64,000 bases of DNA, from NCBI GenBank assembly GCA_964016885.1, contig OZ024743.1:185070001-185134000 (forward strand). Reading direction: 5' to 3'. A model generated the notes under the pieces. That model saw only the letters and a list, made by a program, of their open reading frames with translations, made no database searches and was not told where the DNA came from. Position numbers and translations under genes: made by a program. Positions within the stretch are counted from its first letter, which is position 1. Each line of letters starts with the position of its first letter. Positions 1 to 12,285 of this stretch are shown here, one piece after another. The stretch comes from Eledone cirrhosa. Its lineage: Eukaryota.

Positions 1-1021
1 CTGCCAGAAAATGTTTGGGAACCACTTGTCCAGTACATTACTGATGTCAAAATTTAAATGAAAGTAGAGAACTGGAATAAAATAAAATACATTATGATTG
101 TACAGAGTTGTTTAATTTTGCACTTCTATTCCTTAAAATGTAAAATTTATCCGGCTGTGCTTTGTATCAAACATTGGACTACCAACTCAGGCTTAATCCT
201 TTCATTAGCAGCTTTCTATTGAAAGACATTGTCTATGATTTTCAAATAATCAAGAATTTGGAAAGATTTACCAATATAACTTCTTCGCTAAGCTGGTGTT
301 TGGAGAACTTAAAGGTTTTTAAATAAAATCATGATGGAAAATTTTTTTGATAAATATGATCAAACATAAAACCAGAACCAGTTTCAGATAGTTTGGTTTC
401 AAAAGGACTTAAGAAAAAGACAAGTATTTCAAGGTCATTTTCCTTCCTTAATTTTTGCTCTATTTTGCACCCCTCCTCCTTACTAACAACCTAGTTTTCA
501 TTTCCTCCATTTTAGCTATGGCTTTTGCCATCCCCACCTCCTGTCACAATTCTATCACTCCAATCATCTAGTCCCTTTCATCCTTCCTCAACACATGATC
601 TAGCCATCTCAATACCTTTCTATTCATAACTCATTGCTAGGTCTATCTGTGGAGGGCTAGCCAAACAAAAAGTTGGGAGGACCTTTTAGTCATGTCAGAG
701 ATAACAGCCTCCCTAGTGTTGATGACCTACATGATAAACACACCCAGTACATGCTGTAATGTGGTTGGTGATAGGAACGGTATCCAGCTGTAGAAATCTT
801 GCCAAACAAAGAGTTGGTAGGATCCTCAATTGTATCAAAGACATGTCAACGTCTCCTGTGCATTCGGTAGAACATGAGACCATACATAAGCGAGATGCAG
901 ATGGCTTGTCTGGGAGATCAATTACAGCAAATGTAATTGATTTGAAATAAATATTTTTGCTTAATATTTTAGAGGCAAACTGAAACTTTACATTAATGAA
1001 ATAAAAATAAAATGACCTTAC

Positions 1022-1145
1022 CATGGAGCATAGAACATAACAATCCAAAGCTCATCACTGTTTACTACTTTAGATTTAAAATTGTCTGGTGTGAGCTCTA
1101 CAGGGTTGGAATGGACGGCAGCTCCAAAGAAAAGCAGTAGGAAAC
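1022..1145 (-). CDS. PDIA6: Protein disulfide-isomerase A6 (P5)-like, coding exon 2; the gene continues left of the window
   Basis: Acceptor ttttctctcattttag|G and donor CCATG|gtaagg. The 124-nt exon reads (C)[40 protein letters not shown](W): the end of a signal peptide plus the start of a thioredoxin domain just before WCGHC. It resembles PDIA6 [28 protein letters not shown]. Confidence 0.88.
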
Positions 1146-2195
1146 CTAAAATGAGAGAAAATCATTTAAGACATGAAAAAATGTTTTTTAAATTAGTGTT
1201 TGGCATCTTTGATTAATCAAGAATCCTAGATCTGAAGTTCACCATTATTGTACCATGCACTGTTTGGATGATAGTGGAATGTGAATAATGAAGGAAGAAA
1301 GCTTGTAAATGCTAAAGGTGTTAAATGTTCATATGAAAAAAAAGATTGGGCCAAGGAAACTGTTTCCATTGCTGATATCTAAACCTTTAAATAGCTTTAG
1401 AATAAAAATGGACTGTCATGGTTATAATTCTGACCAATAGTATTATGGCTTACATGTGAATAGTTTAGCTGGTTTCCCAGAAAGTTGCATCCCATAGGAA
1501 GTTTTAACTCTTAACATCCTGTAATGATTCAATAAAACATCTAAAAACAGGTTTGTTAATTCAAATGTTTATAATATCTTTACTTGTGAACAGATCATTG
1601 TGAAAATTTGCAGTATTAGAATAAAGACTTAATACCAGAATGTCTTGCTGATGCAATTTCATGTGGTACAGAGTGTTAAAAGTTAATGATAGCAGCCCCA
1701 GTCCTATTATGTCCCCATATTGTGGTAACATGGTAGGATTTGAACTCAAAAGATGCAAAGCTGGATCAGATACCACACATCCTGTGCAAACTTTAACACT
1801 TCTGCTAATCCACCACACTTGGATTGGCATTTTGTTGATCTCAAAAGGTTGAAAGGCAAAGTTAGTTTCACTGGGATTTGAGGTCAACTTTTGGAGAGAA
1901 GTTATTTAGCGCCAGGTCAGTCATAATGAAAATCTACAATAAAAACGTTCCATGTGAAACACTGCCTTTTTTTTTCAGATGTATCTTAGAATATGTTATT
2001 CAAAGCGTCCTTTTTTTTTTTTTCAAATGTACCTTGGACTATGTTATTTAAAGTGCCCTTTTTTTCAGATGTATCTTGGTCTATATTATCCAAAGAGTCG
2101 TTTTTTAAAAAAAGAATATGGTGTGTAATTTGACTGCTATTTCTCTGCACATGGGGAAATATTCTTTGGATATTTATAATACATTTTAAAGCTCT

Positions 2196-2960
2196 TCACC
2201 CACATATTCCTGAGAGGGAATACTCTTTCCAGCGGGTCCTGTCAAGCAACCATCTCCAAAATGCACCCAGTCCACCTTGTAAGGTGGAGCTACAATACAA
2301 AAAATATCCAGTCGACCCTGTAAGGTGGTAATGCTGGAGTCACAATATAATACTGTAAAGTGGTTGGCATTAAGGAAGAACATCCAGCCATAGAAACCTC
2401 TATTTTTTCTTCCACTTATTCCTGAGAGAGCCATGGAGGCAGAGTACTCCAACACTCCTTCCAGTGGGTCTTGTCAGAAGCAACTGTCTCCAACTGATTG
2501 TCAGAAGCAACTGTCTCCAACTGATCTGGCTGGATCCCCAAATGTGACCAGCCAAGCCCAATGATGTTATCTAACCATCTTTCTCGGGGTCTACTCCTAG
2601 GACTCTTGCCAGTTGGTTTTGCCCATAGAATCTGTCCAGCGATTCTTTACTGAGAGATTCTAACCACATGCCCATAGTATCGGAGCTGTAATCTCTCAAT
2701 TCAGAGAAGTAGCAGCTCTACCTGGAATGACTCTCTGATCTCCGAGCTATGCACTTTATCGAGTAACGTTACTCCAAAGACCCTTCAGAGGAATCCCATT
2801 TCAGCCACTTGTATTTTTTCAGTCATAACTCAAAATTCATGACCATAGGTAAGGTTTGGTATGAAAAGCGAATTGAAGATAGTGAGTTTGGCTTTTGCGC
2901 CTACCTCCCTTGATTATTGAAGCTGGCACATTACTGCACTAGCTTTTGCAATTCTTGCAC
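2196..2960 (-). mobile_element. Degenerate RTE-type LINE 3' fragment, in PDIA6 intron 1
   Basis: Shares its 3' end (GACAGTTGCTTCTGACA...GGAATAAGTGG plus GAA-like tail) with copies at 14940-15345 and 63470-63680. Confidence 0.6.
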
Positions 2961-4272
2961 TTAATTAGGTAGAGGGGCTTGTTCGAAAAATAAATTGCAC
3001 TCTTCTCAGCAGAGCTGTTCAGCTGGAGAACTCGTCAGAGGTGGCGGATAGAGATACAGCCACCAGATATGATGGCTAGTTGCGATATAAGGGGGCAACT
3101 GCCGAATGAATAAGCAGCCCCGGTAAATTACTAGGGGAGATGAAGCAATGGGCGACACCTGCGGCTCCCAAGAAAACTCTCACAACCCAGTGATGTAGCT
3201 ACAATGAGGTAGGTAAAGGCCGCCTCTAAATAAGTCTAGTTTTCACAGGTTTGACAAAGTACCAGATTGGTGGCTGGCGTGAATAAGATCACTGAAACTG
3301 CAATATGATGAGGAAAACAAAGAAAAACCATATTGCACCATCCTTCATGCAGGTTAACAAGGGCCGCGTCCAGGCCTTTTTAAAGTTGTTAAGAGTAAAA
3401 CTATTGTAAAATATTTTCCCATAGCAAAGTAGTGGAACCTGTCAAGTCATATAAAAGTTCACCAAGATTTAGTAGAGCCTGACAGATAAAATGATCAGAG
3501 GCAATCAATTCAACTGATCTGAAATATGTCTAGATACTATCCTTTCTAATTGATTTGTTGCTTCAGGTTGGGGAAAGCAGCATGGTAGTAGCATTCACTG
3601 TAGCTTTATTATTTTCTTTTAAGTTATGATACTTTACTATTGGGAGTGTATGCAACTATCTAGATCAGGCATCCCCAAACTTTTGAGATCATAGATCAGT
3701 ACATGGAATCCTTGACCCTTCTACAACCCAGGGCATATACAAAACTAAAGTAAAACAAATCAGTAAACAGAATTTAGAATATATAAACGATAAAGTCTAA
3801 TTATAAATATAATTAGAAACCTGTATGAACAAGTATCATTTTTATGTAATTTTATTTCTTACAAATGTCAGGTTTGCCCCCTCCCCCCAAATTTAATCAG
3901 CTTGGGTAGTCCCATCGATGACTAGGGAGGGTGCTCTCACCTAGGTACATGAATATATTAACCACAGCACAAGGGTCAATCCTGCACACGATGATCCGAT
4001 TTGCTAAAACAAATTTCCCTGCCTAGAAACATATATTGAACTGTTACTCGGACTATACTATACTAGAGGAAATCTCACTCAGATGACCTATGGGTAAACA
4101 ACCACAGCAAAAATTACAGTATATCTTTTAGAGTTCTGGCTGATGGTGATTATTGATGTAAAACATCTTGCTGGTCATAAAAATGTTATATCTGGGTTGC
4201 TGGACATGTCGATTGTTCATTTTTTTTCTGTTCCCTTTAGTCTATAGATTAGACCATTTAAAAACATCTAAA

Positions 4273-4315
4273 CAGGGATCCTCAAACTTTCTAGACCATC
4301 GATGAGAGACAGGTA

Positions 4316-4349
<34 letters not shown>

Positions 4350-4554
4350 GTAAATAATATAAAAGACAAAAACTAATTATATACACATCAGAAACCTGTA
4401 TAAGCAAATTGTTTTTATTGTATTGTATTTTCAATTTTTATATAAAAGTCAGGTTTTGACCAAAATGTTCAATCGACATTTGGCTAATACCTCGTCAACA
4501 TCAATCGCTTGCATTTGAATGCAAGCGATTGATGTTGACCACTGGAGATCCTTG
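4273..4554 (+). mobile_element. hAT/Charlie-like MITE; related copies near 3665-3930, 8455-8705 and 9320-9548
   Basis: CAGGGATCCTCAAACTT-type end, internal AGAAACCTGTAT motif shared among copies, and nTCTAGAn-like flanks. Confidence 0.5.
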
Positions 4555-4641
4555 ATATAAATCTATGGTTAAAGACTTTCCAGCTGAAATACCCTGCTCT
4601 TTTCTCAGACGATGTATTTATTTTCCACTATATTATCCAAT

Positions 4642-4908
4642 ATGAAGGCGCATGGCTTAGTGGTTAAAGCATTGGGCTTGAAATCGAAAGGTTGTGAGTT
4701 CAATTCTCGGATCGGGTGATGTGTTGTTTCCTTGAGCAAGACACTTTATTTCACGTTGCTCTAGTTTACTCAGCTGTAGAAATGAGTACCGGCCTGCCCG
4801 CCCAGCCAGTGGGATGGCGTTATCTTATGGCTAAAACAGCACGGACGTGCTGTGACCAGCGGCGCCGATTGGCGCCCGACAGACTGGTTGGTCAAGGTGA
4901 TCAATGTG
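4642..4908 (+). mobile_element. tRNA-derived CORE-type SINE
   Basis: A box TGGCTTAGTGG, B box GAGTTCAATTC, CORE-like CCTTGAGCAAGACACTT...CAGCTGTAGAAATGAGT, and 12-bp TSD ATATTATCCAAT (4630-4641 / 4909-4920). Confidence 0.85.
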
Positions 4909-6221
4909 ATATTATCCAATGAGTCAACTTTTAAGCTCAGCTGTAATTTGAGGAAGATGCGACTTATTCAAGCAACTAGTTGACTTTTTTTTTTTTTTTT
5001 TTTTTTGTAAGGAGGGAAAGTAGTTTACACCGATCATCTTTTGCTAAAGGCATTAACAGACAAATAATGAATTTCTATGCGTAATACATAAGATGTGTAA
5101 GGAAAACGAAAATGAGAGCGACTGTGTTGTGTTCATATTTTAATAACGTTAAGAGAAATGAAATGGATACAACTATAAATTGAAACAGGATGGAAGACTT
5201 GATATGTGGATAGTTTTCTAGTTTATGGTGCCAGGGTGAAACTTTTGTCAGGATTATGGTCAACAGTTTTGAAACTAGTATATAGCAGGTACACCGAATA
5301 GTAAAGTCAAGTTTGAAATCAAAACGTAGAAAGATGAATCCAAATAGTTTCAAATAATTTTTTTTAAAAATCTAGATATAATTGAAATATCTAAAATGAG
5401 ATTTGAAATAGCACCGCACCGCACCCCCAAAATGAGATGAAATAATTTCAAGAAGGGGAAAAAAAAAACAACCACCAAACAAAACTTTTGACATGTCTAC
5501 GAAGGAGAACCAAAAAGTTTCGCAATAAAATATTCAAATTTGTTTCACAACAAAACGACAAATAGAAAAGTAGGAAAGGCACCGATTTGCAGAAAGAATA
5601 ATGATATCGATTCAAGAAGAAATAAGAGTAGCGTTGAAGAAATTGAAGTGTGTTAATGTTTGAATTACAGCGTCTCCACTTAAAAAAACAAGCAGAACCA
5701 CTCGAGTCTTAGTCTTATTTAAATAGATAACTAAATTCACACAAAGCTTGGTGAGCTGAGATACACCCAAAATTGTTTTAAAACATAGTTGGCATTCAAA
5801 TTAAAAATTAAACAACTATATGTATTAAACCGATTTAAACAAACTAGGCTGAAAGAAGAAAAGTTAGATAATTGAATTTAACTATATATAATTAAATACT
5901 ATGGATGACTGGAGAGATTCTTGTGTCAATGTTCATACGTTATTAGTAAGAACGAGAAAGCATATGTGATATGACCAGTGTAATATTGTTTACTTTTATT
6001 TTTCAAAAAGGCGCATTTCGTGTTAATTCAGAACTAACTGGTTATCGATCTTCAGCTAAGAAAGTGATAACTTGGGAAAGAAATACAGCATTCATACTTT
6101 TTTTAACAAACATAAAACAGATATTACATGAAAGAAACGGTCCTGAAAATCAGAACCAGAAAACGGATACGGTTTACCGAAAACTTGGCGCCCTACCATA
6201 CACAACATAGCAGTGTATGCC

Positions 6222-6254
<33 letters not shown>

Positions 6255-6363
6255 TATCGCATACCTTCATAATATAAACGAGAGACAGTGAATGTGGAGT
6301 CATTAAGGTATAAATAGGGACAAGGAATGATAAAGTAAATGGTTTAATAAAATGACTACTTAC

Positions 6364-6385
6364 ATGTGAGAGGCGAAGCCTCCAT
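6364..6385 (-). CDS. PDIA6: PDIA6-like coding exon 1 (MEASPLT plus 1 nt)
   Basis: ATG GAG GCT TCG CCT CTC ACA T|gtaagt is a consensus phase-1 donor that joins exon 2 in frame. It lies just downstream of ER-stress promoter elements. Confidence 0.8.
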
Positions 6386-6561
6386 AATTTTAAGAATTTA
6401 TCGGGTAATAAAGAAAATGAAATTTACAAAGTGTTACAATACTGGTCTAGCCAGAACGACGAGGTTGTGTTTTTAACCGGGTAGAAGTATTCCAAGCATG
6501 TAAAGTAAAGTATGAATGTGTGTGTGTTTGTAGCTGTGTATAGTATTGGTTAACAGTCTCA

Positions 6562-6580
6562 CGTGGTTGCCTGCCATTGG
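6562..6580 (-). promoter_or_regulatory. ER stress response element (ERSE, CCAAT-N9-CCACG)
   Basis: Minus strand reads CCAAT GGCAGGCAA CCACG with exact 9-nt spacing, ~180 bp upstream of the PDIA6 ATG. An extra CCAAT lies at 6545-6549. Confidence 0.85.
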
Positions 6581-6594
6581 CTGCTTGTTTAATC

Positions 6595-6602
6595 TGACGT
6601 GG
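6595..6602 (+). promoter_or_regulatory. Unfolded protein response element (UPRE, TGACGTGG)
   Basis: Exact XBP1/ATF6-type TGACGTGG, 15 bp from the ERSE. Confidence 0.7.
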
Positions 6603-6857
6603 AGAACTCACACAAGTGACACATAACGCTTTGCTTTTCCAAGTTGTCTCCCTTGAATGTAAACTACCCACTTCAATTCGAACATTGTAGATTAGTAATG
6701 TTTCTTAATATACATTTTTTATCCTCTTCTAAATTAATAAATAGAAAAAAGAGGAGAAAGGAAACGTTTGTATATGTCTAATCATCCCATAAGATATACA
6801 ATTATAATTTAGTCATCACTTACTCTTTTCTCTTTCTCATATATTTTTTTTAAAATA

Positions 6858-7300
6858 TGTAACGACGTGGTTAGTCAGTCTGGTCACTACTTCTGATCAG
6901 ATCCGAGAATAGCCCTTAGAAGGACTGTTATCGCATACGGTCTGATCAGATCTGAAGATAGCCCTTAAAAGGACTGTTGTCGCATATAGCCCTTAAAAGA
7001 AGTGTTGAGGATGGACAGACGAAAGCACAAGGTGAAAGGACGAATTCGATCAGCTATTTATTTTCACATGAAGCGACAATACGAGGTACAAGGCGTGTGT
7101 GAGTGACAAAGCGTGGCAGAGGCAGGGGACAACGATACACGAGTTGACTCTGTCGACTGGCGAAGTGTTTGGAACCACTCTATTTATACAGAAATAATCG
7201 TTTGTAGGCATTTATTCTGATAGTTTTTAAGGGCTGTTTGTTTCACGGTGAGGTAAATGGCGCTGTATATTTCACACATGTTATTTCCGGTGGCTGTACA
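6858..7300 (-). mobile_element. Solo LTR of the Gypsy family at 53126-58459
   Basis: TG...CA ends, 4-bp TSD AATA, and clear similarity to both LTRs of the full element. Confidence 0.9.
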
Positions 7301-7479
7301 AATATATTCAAACATCATATATTCCATATACAAAATCTCGGAATGTCATGAAGACCATTGACATTATATAAAATAATTGAACAGTATCTAATAAAAACAA
7401 CACACACGTCTTTGTATTTCATTCTTCATTCTCTTCCGGAAAGTTAAACTGCCTCACTTGCCTCCAATCCTGTGGTGCG

Positions 7480-8290
7480 TGGTTCAATTTGGTGCAATTC
7501 TCATCAAACGGTACCCTTCTTGATGAGGTATGCACTCCCATCGTTGTGGACCAACGCCTCGGCCTCCGCGGGTGTGAGTCATACAAATGCCGATGTAAGG
7601 CTGTTGTTGTTGACGAGTTTGGCCTGCACACCCTGTCGTGCAGCCAGAGCGTAGGCCAGTTCCCCCGACATGCCGCTCTCAACGACATATTGAGAAGGAG
7701 CCTGAATGCGGCCGACTTCCCATCATAACTGGAGCTGACAGGCCTCGACTGCAGAGACACTAGGTGCCCCAACGGAATTACTCTTTTCCCATTCGAAGAG
7801 GGCAAATCGCTCATTTGGGAGGCGACATGCCGTGACACGTTCTCCGGCTCCAATTTAGTCGCTTCAGCCACAACCCCGGTACCACGACCCGCAATGCAGA
7901 GGCTTGTTCGGCCGCATCCTCTTTGCATAAGTCGTCGCCGAGACCTCAAGCGTCCTCGGACCTGGACAGCTGACCACCTCCGCAAAATCGGAACGCCAGC
8001 AGCCCGTCTGAGGAAGGAATCCCGCGAAGTGGAGTGGCTGTTGCAGCGGGTATTGCTGGCCATTGACTGCGAAAATGCCTTCGCCGTTTTGTCCGCGGGG
8101 CGCAGCCGAAACACCTCCCCTTACCCCTCTCTTTCTTCCGTTGCCTAATAGTTCTTGCGCCCCCCCCCCCCTCTTCTCATTTATGACATTTATTTTTCAT
8201 TAATTTTGTTTTTAGCTTTTTTATATTCCCATCCTTGTATAACTTCTGCCTGTAATATGTTTCCGTGTAACAGATAACAAAATAAAATAA
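7480..8290 (+). mobile_element. 5'-truncated CRE-like non-LTR retrotransposon (CCHC knuckle plus restriction-like endonuclease), degenerate
   Basis: Translation CRCKAVVVDEFGLHTLSC...RHAALNDILRRSL...(stop)LELTGLDCRDTRCPNGITLFPFEEGKSLIWEATCRDT fits the C-terminal RLE region. An A-rich tail lies near 8280. Confidence 0.7.
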
Positions 8291-8760
8291 GAGACTTTTA
8301 ATACAAAAAAATATATCTATATTATGAAATATAAATGATACTTGAATCCCACCATTCCATATGGTTAAAAATTCAAGTTAAAATTACCCAAATGAAAATT
8401 ACTTTTGAATATCTAAGCCAAGAATCGCTAAATGTTTTAGCCCATTAACCCCTTTCATAGAATCCTTGACCCTTCATCAAACCCAGGAATGTACAAACAT
8501 AATAAGTAAATAAATAAAACAGTAAACAATATAAAATAAATAAACTAATGATTGACTATATATAAATTAGAAACCTGTATAAGCAAGTTATGTATTCTCA
8601 CTTCTTATACAAATGTCAGATTTTGGTCACAAAAGTTCAATCGACCTCCAGGAGGGTCTCATCAACCGATGGGTTTGACATTAACCACTTTTAGGACCTC
8701 TGATCTAGGTCATTTTTTAAAAAGTATCACCAGCATCACCACTGCTACCACCATCACTAT

Positions 8761-9069
8761 CAGGGTTGGATTTAGACATTGCGGGGCCCAAGGGGGGGGG
8801 GGGGGGGGGGGCCTCATACAAAAAAAATTAGAATGCATAGCACCCCTTCCCCCATTTTACATATCAAGTTAGCTTGGCACAAGTAATTGGAATTGAAAAT
8901 GTACACATACAGGTATTAAATTAAAAAAATTCTAACTATCCTAAAACTAAAAAGCCCAGCTGGGGGCATAAATAAATTGCTACGGCCGTCGCTGGTGACT
9001 CCCCTCACTGCAGGGAGCCGGGAGTAACTGCCCCCTTTGGCCCTCCCCCACCCATTAAATTCGGTCCCG
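8761..9069. mobile_element. hAT-like MITE
   Basis: Imperfect TIRs CAGGGTTGGATTTA / TAAATTCGGTCCCG and 8-bp flanks ATCACTAT / ATCACCAC. Confidence 0.55.
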
Positions 9070-9556
9070 ATCACCACTACTACCAACAATAACAATAACA
9101 GCAACAACAACAACACTACTACCACTAGCACCAGCACCAACAACAACAACGACGACGACTACATAACAATCTGTCACATCAATAAACAGTGGCATTGTCC
9201 CAGTTGTTAAACAGCAGATCATCTTGACCCGGGTTTCACAAACTCTTAGACTATTAACCCATTCACGGAATGCTTGTTCCACCTCAAACCACCCCAGTCA
9301 GCTGACGCCAGATGTGTACAAAAATAGCTAAGTAATAAAATATATATATATAAATAAACAGAATATAAAATAAACAATAGACAATAAAGGCTAATTATAC
9401 ATAAATCAGAAACTTGTATGAACAAGTTGCACGTTATTCTATTATTACGCGTATATGTATTTTTATTTCTTATACACGTGTCGGTCGACCCTTTTAGTTA
9501 ACCCACTGATCTTTGGGAATCTATATCGTCCACTTTGGGGGATTCTTGATCTAGTC

Positions 9557-9884
9557 CAGTGATTCCCAACGTGGGGAACACACCCACAAGGGCTCAATTT
9601 AAATATTTAAGGGGGCCATTTGAAAATGATGTTAATGAGAACAAACTTCAGGTTTTAGTTTATTACTTTTATACCAAGGTAACTTTGGTACACATTACTG
9701 TCAGAAACTCTTGTCTCACTTCCTCTTCCACATGTTATTGTGTATCTGGCACTACCTATACACTAATTTGTTTACACTTTGCAGTTGATCATTGCTGTTT
9801 TCATATCAAAGAGGGGGGGGGGGGGGGTAACATTTCTTTTAGATGTTGAGGTGGGCATGATATACAAAAGGTTGGGAACCACTG
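9557..9884. mobile_element. hAT (Charlie-type) MITE
   Basis: TIRs CAGTGATTCCCAAC / GTTGGGAACCACTG and 8-bp TSD ATCTAGTC / ATCTAGGC. Confidence 0.8.
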
Positions 9885-10329
9885 ATCTAGGCCACATGAA
9901 GGGCTTTTCACGTCAGTATATGAATCCCGTACTGATGTGACGGGTACAAAAACCGATTCTTTCGCAGTCCTCAATTCTCCAAATCAATTAGCTTCATTTA
10001 CACCTCCGCCCTAACAAACACAGAAACACCTCAACCACACTTGGTCTCTTTCACACCTTAAAACCCAGTTTCTACAAAACCATTGCCGTCTTTGCACCCA
10101 TCGTGTCGTCCATCTCTGATTCTGACTTCTTCCTTATTGCAACTACCCAACGCATATTCACATTCTACGCAATGTCAATTACCTCTGTTACCCATGGCAC
10201 TTCAAACTAGATGAGTGGCTGGACCTCCGCCAGCACTATGCTAACTGCCCTTCACCTCTAACTTAACAGACGCAGCGAGGTGATTCAGTGACAAAAGAAC
10301 AAAAAATGAATCCCCAACTAATTTCGATG

Positions 10330-10640
10330 AGGAGCTTTATTAAATTGTTCGATTAGCTGAACGTTCTGCTCGTGAATTAGCGTGTCCCCTTAATGTAATT
10401 ATCAGGTAGGATTAGCATAACACAATATATAACGAGGCCGGACCTTTGAATTATGAGTAAAACTCACAATCCACCAGACAATCTTCCACACAGTTTCTGC
10501 CTGACCATTTTCATTCATAAGTCTCGGGTTAACCCGAGGCTAGAGTAAAAACATTTGCCTAAGATGCCACGGTGTGGGATGGAATCCAAGACATCGTGAT
10601 TGCAAAGCGAACTTCTTAATCCCCCAGCCATGCCTGCGTT
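10330..10640 (-). mobile_element. Degenerate tRNA SINE with Ceph-like domain
   Basis: Similar to the copy at 33440-33772; tRNA head at the right end. Confidence 0.55.
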
Positions 10641-11533
10641 CAGAAAGGAAGCACAAATGTCACGAGAAACGTTCCACTTTCTATTGGATCAACTAAATGT
10701 CAATCCATGTCAATTGTATATATTTTAAATAAAACAACACTTAGTTTGTAGAAAGATGAGAAATAGATTTTATTTTAAAATACTCAAAATATATTTCTAA
10801 GAAAAAATTACATAAAAATAAAGAAAAAGAAAGTAGTATTGGAAGGGACTATAAATGCTATGAGTGAGAGGGAAAGAACAAGAATTATTAGGCAACGAAA
10901 GGAAGGGGGAAAAACAAGAATTATTAGGCAACGAAAGGAAGGGGGAAGGGTGACAGACTCTACACCTAAGTCAGCGTGGTGTTTCGGCTGCGCCCCGCGG
11001 ACAAACTGACAATCAGCATTTCATAGGTGGCGAATTGATTAAATGCATCGGTGCCTGTTCCAGATCCCTTCTCTATACCCTGAGTTCAAATCTCGTCGAA
11101 ATCAATTTTGCTTTTCATTCTTTCTTCGTTAAATGCTTTACACAAAAAATATTTTCATTATAATTGCGAAGTACTTAATCCCTTCCCACACATATTCCTG
11201 TACATGGTTTTGTTCAATTGGTATCTTGTCAACAGCACAAATCAGTGAATAGTTGATTGATTTAAGTAGAGTTAAAGCATGTCGCCAGAAGGTAACTGAT
11301 ATAAAACCCGTTGTGCAGAGAATGGTCTAGGTCAGAGGTTTCAAAATCAAGGACTCAAAAAGATCATTACGGCCTGGAGGAAAGGCACAATGGGCCAAAA
11401 GTGAGATTGAAGGGGTGGCGTGATTTCCACCACTTATAATGTTGCTACGAATTGCTTGTTAAATCAATGGTCACCCACTATCACTCGTGGAAATGCTGCC
11501 AGTGTATTGGTTGGCCTCATAAAGTATTAGAAG

Positions 11534-12250
11534 TGTAGTGACCTACATTCCGCGGGCTCACATACATTCTCTGTGCGTGATTTGGCTCGGCTCAGCCAAT
11601 CAACGCCAGTAGAAGAGGATGTATCCCTACGCTCCCTGAGGGAGAAATTACCCGCAAAGATTTGAAGAATCTTCCTCTCGCACCAGGAACTTCGAACCAG
11701 CAACACGTACATGTGACGGGAGATTTTGCACCTTGGCCTGCCGACTTTCCGGCGCAATGGCACATTCCCTTTTGTAACCTCATTTTATGTGTAACTTCAA
11801 CCATACAAGTTAACCAACATTATTGGCAGTATCAGTAGAGGGTCGGACGCCATGCTTTCCAGCATAGTTACGTCCCTTTACGATCTGAGTTCAAATCCCG
11901 CCGAGGTTGACTTTGCCTTTCATCCTTACGGGGTCGATAAAATAAAGTACCAGTAATGTACTGGGTAATTGATGGCCTTGTGCCTAAAGTAGAAACAATT
12001 ATTTGTGCTATAACAAAAATAAACATACATTTCATCTCTAATTTCTGCTGTTGACGTCATTATTATGTTACTCGTGTCTCAATAACATTTATAATCCATG
12101 CTGCTAAATTGGTGACCTGACGTGAGGAATATTGTAGATACAAAATATTCCTTTTAAAATTTTTTTTAAATTAGCAGTATTTCAAAAACTTTTTGCCACG
12201 AGGAAATTTCAAAATGGCTACCGACAAGTCCTGTCTACAATCGACAACAA

Positions 12251-12285
<35 letters not shown>

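Noticed and set aside
7419-8114. 231-aa minus-strand ORF
   Set aside because: It is the antisense shadow of the GC-rich CRE-like fragment and has no recognisable motifs.
8916-9282. Hydrophobic Leu/Val ORFs as membrane proteins
   Set aside because: They derive from (CAA/CAC)n trinucleotide repeats.
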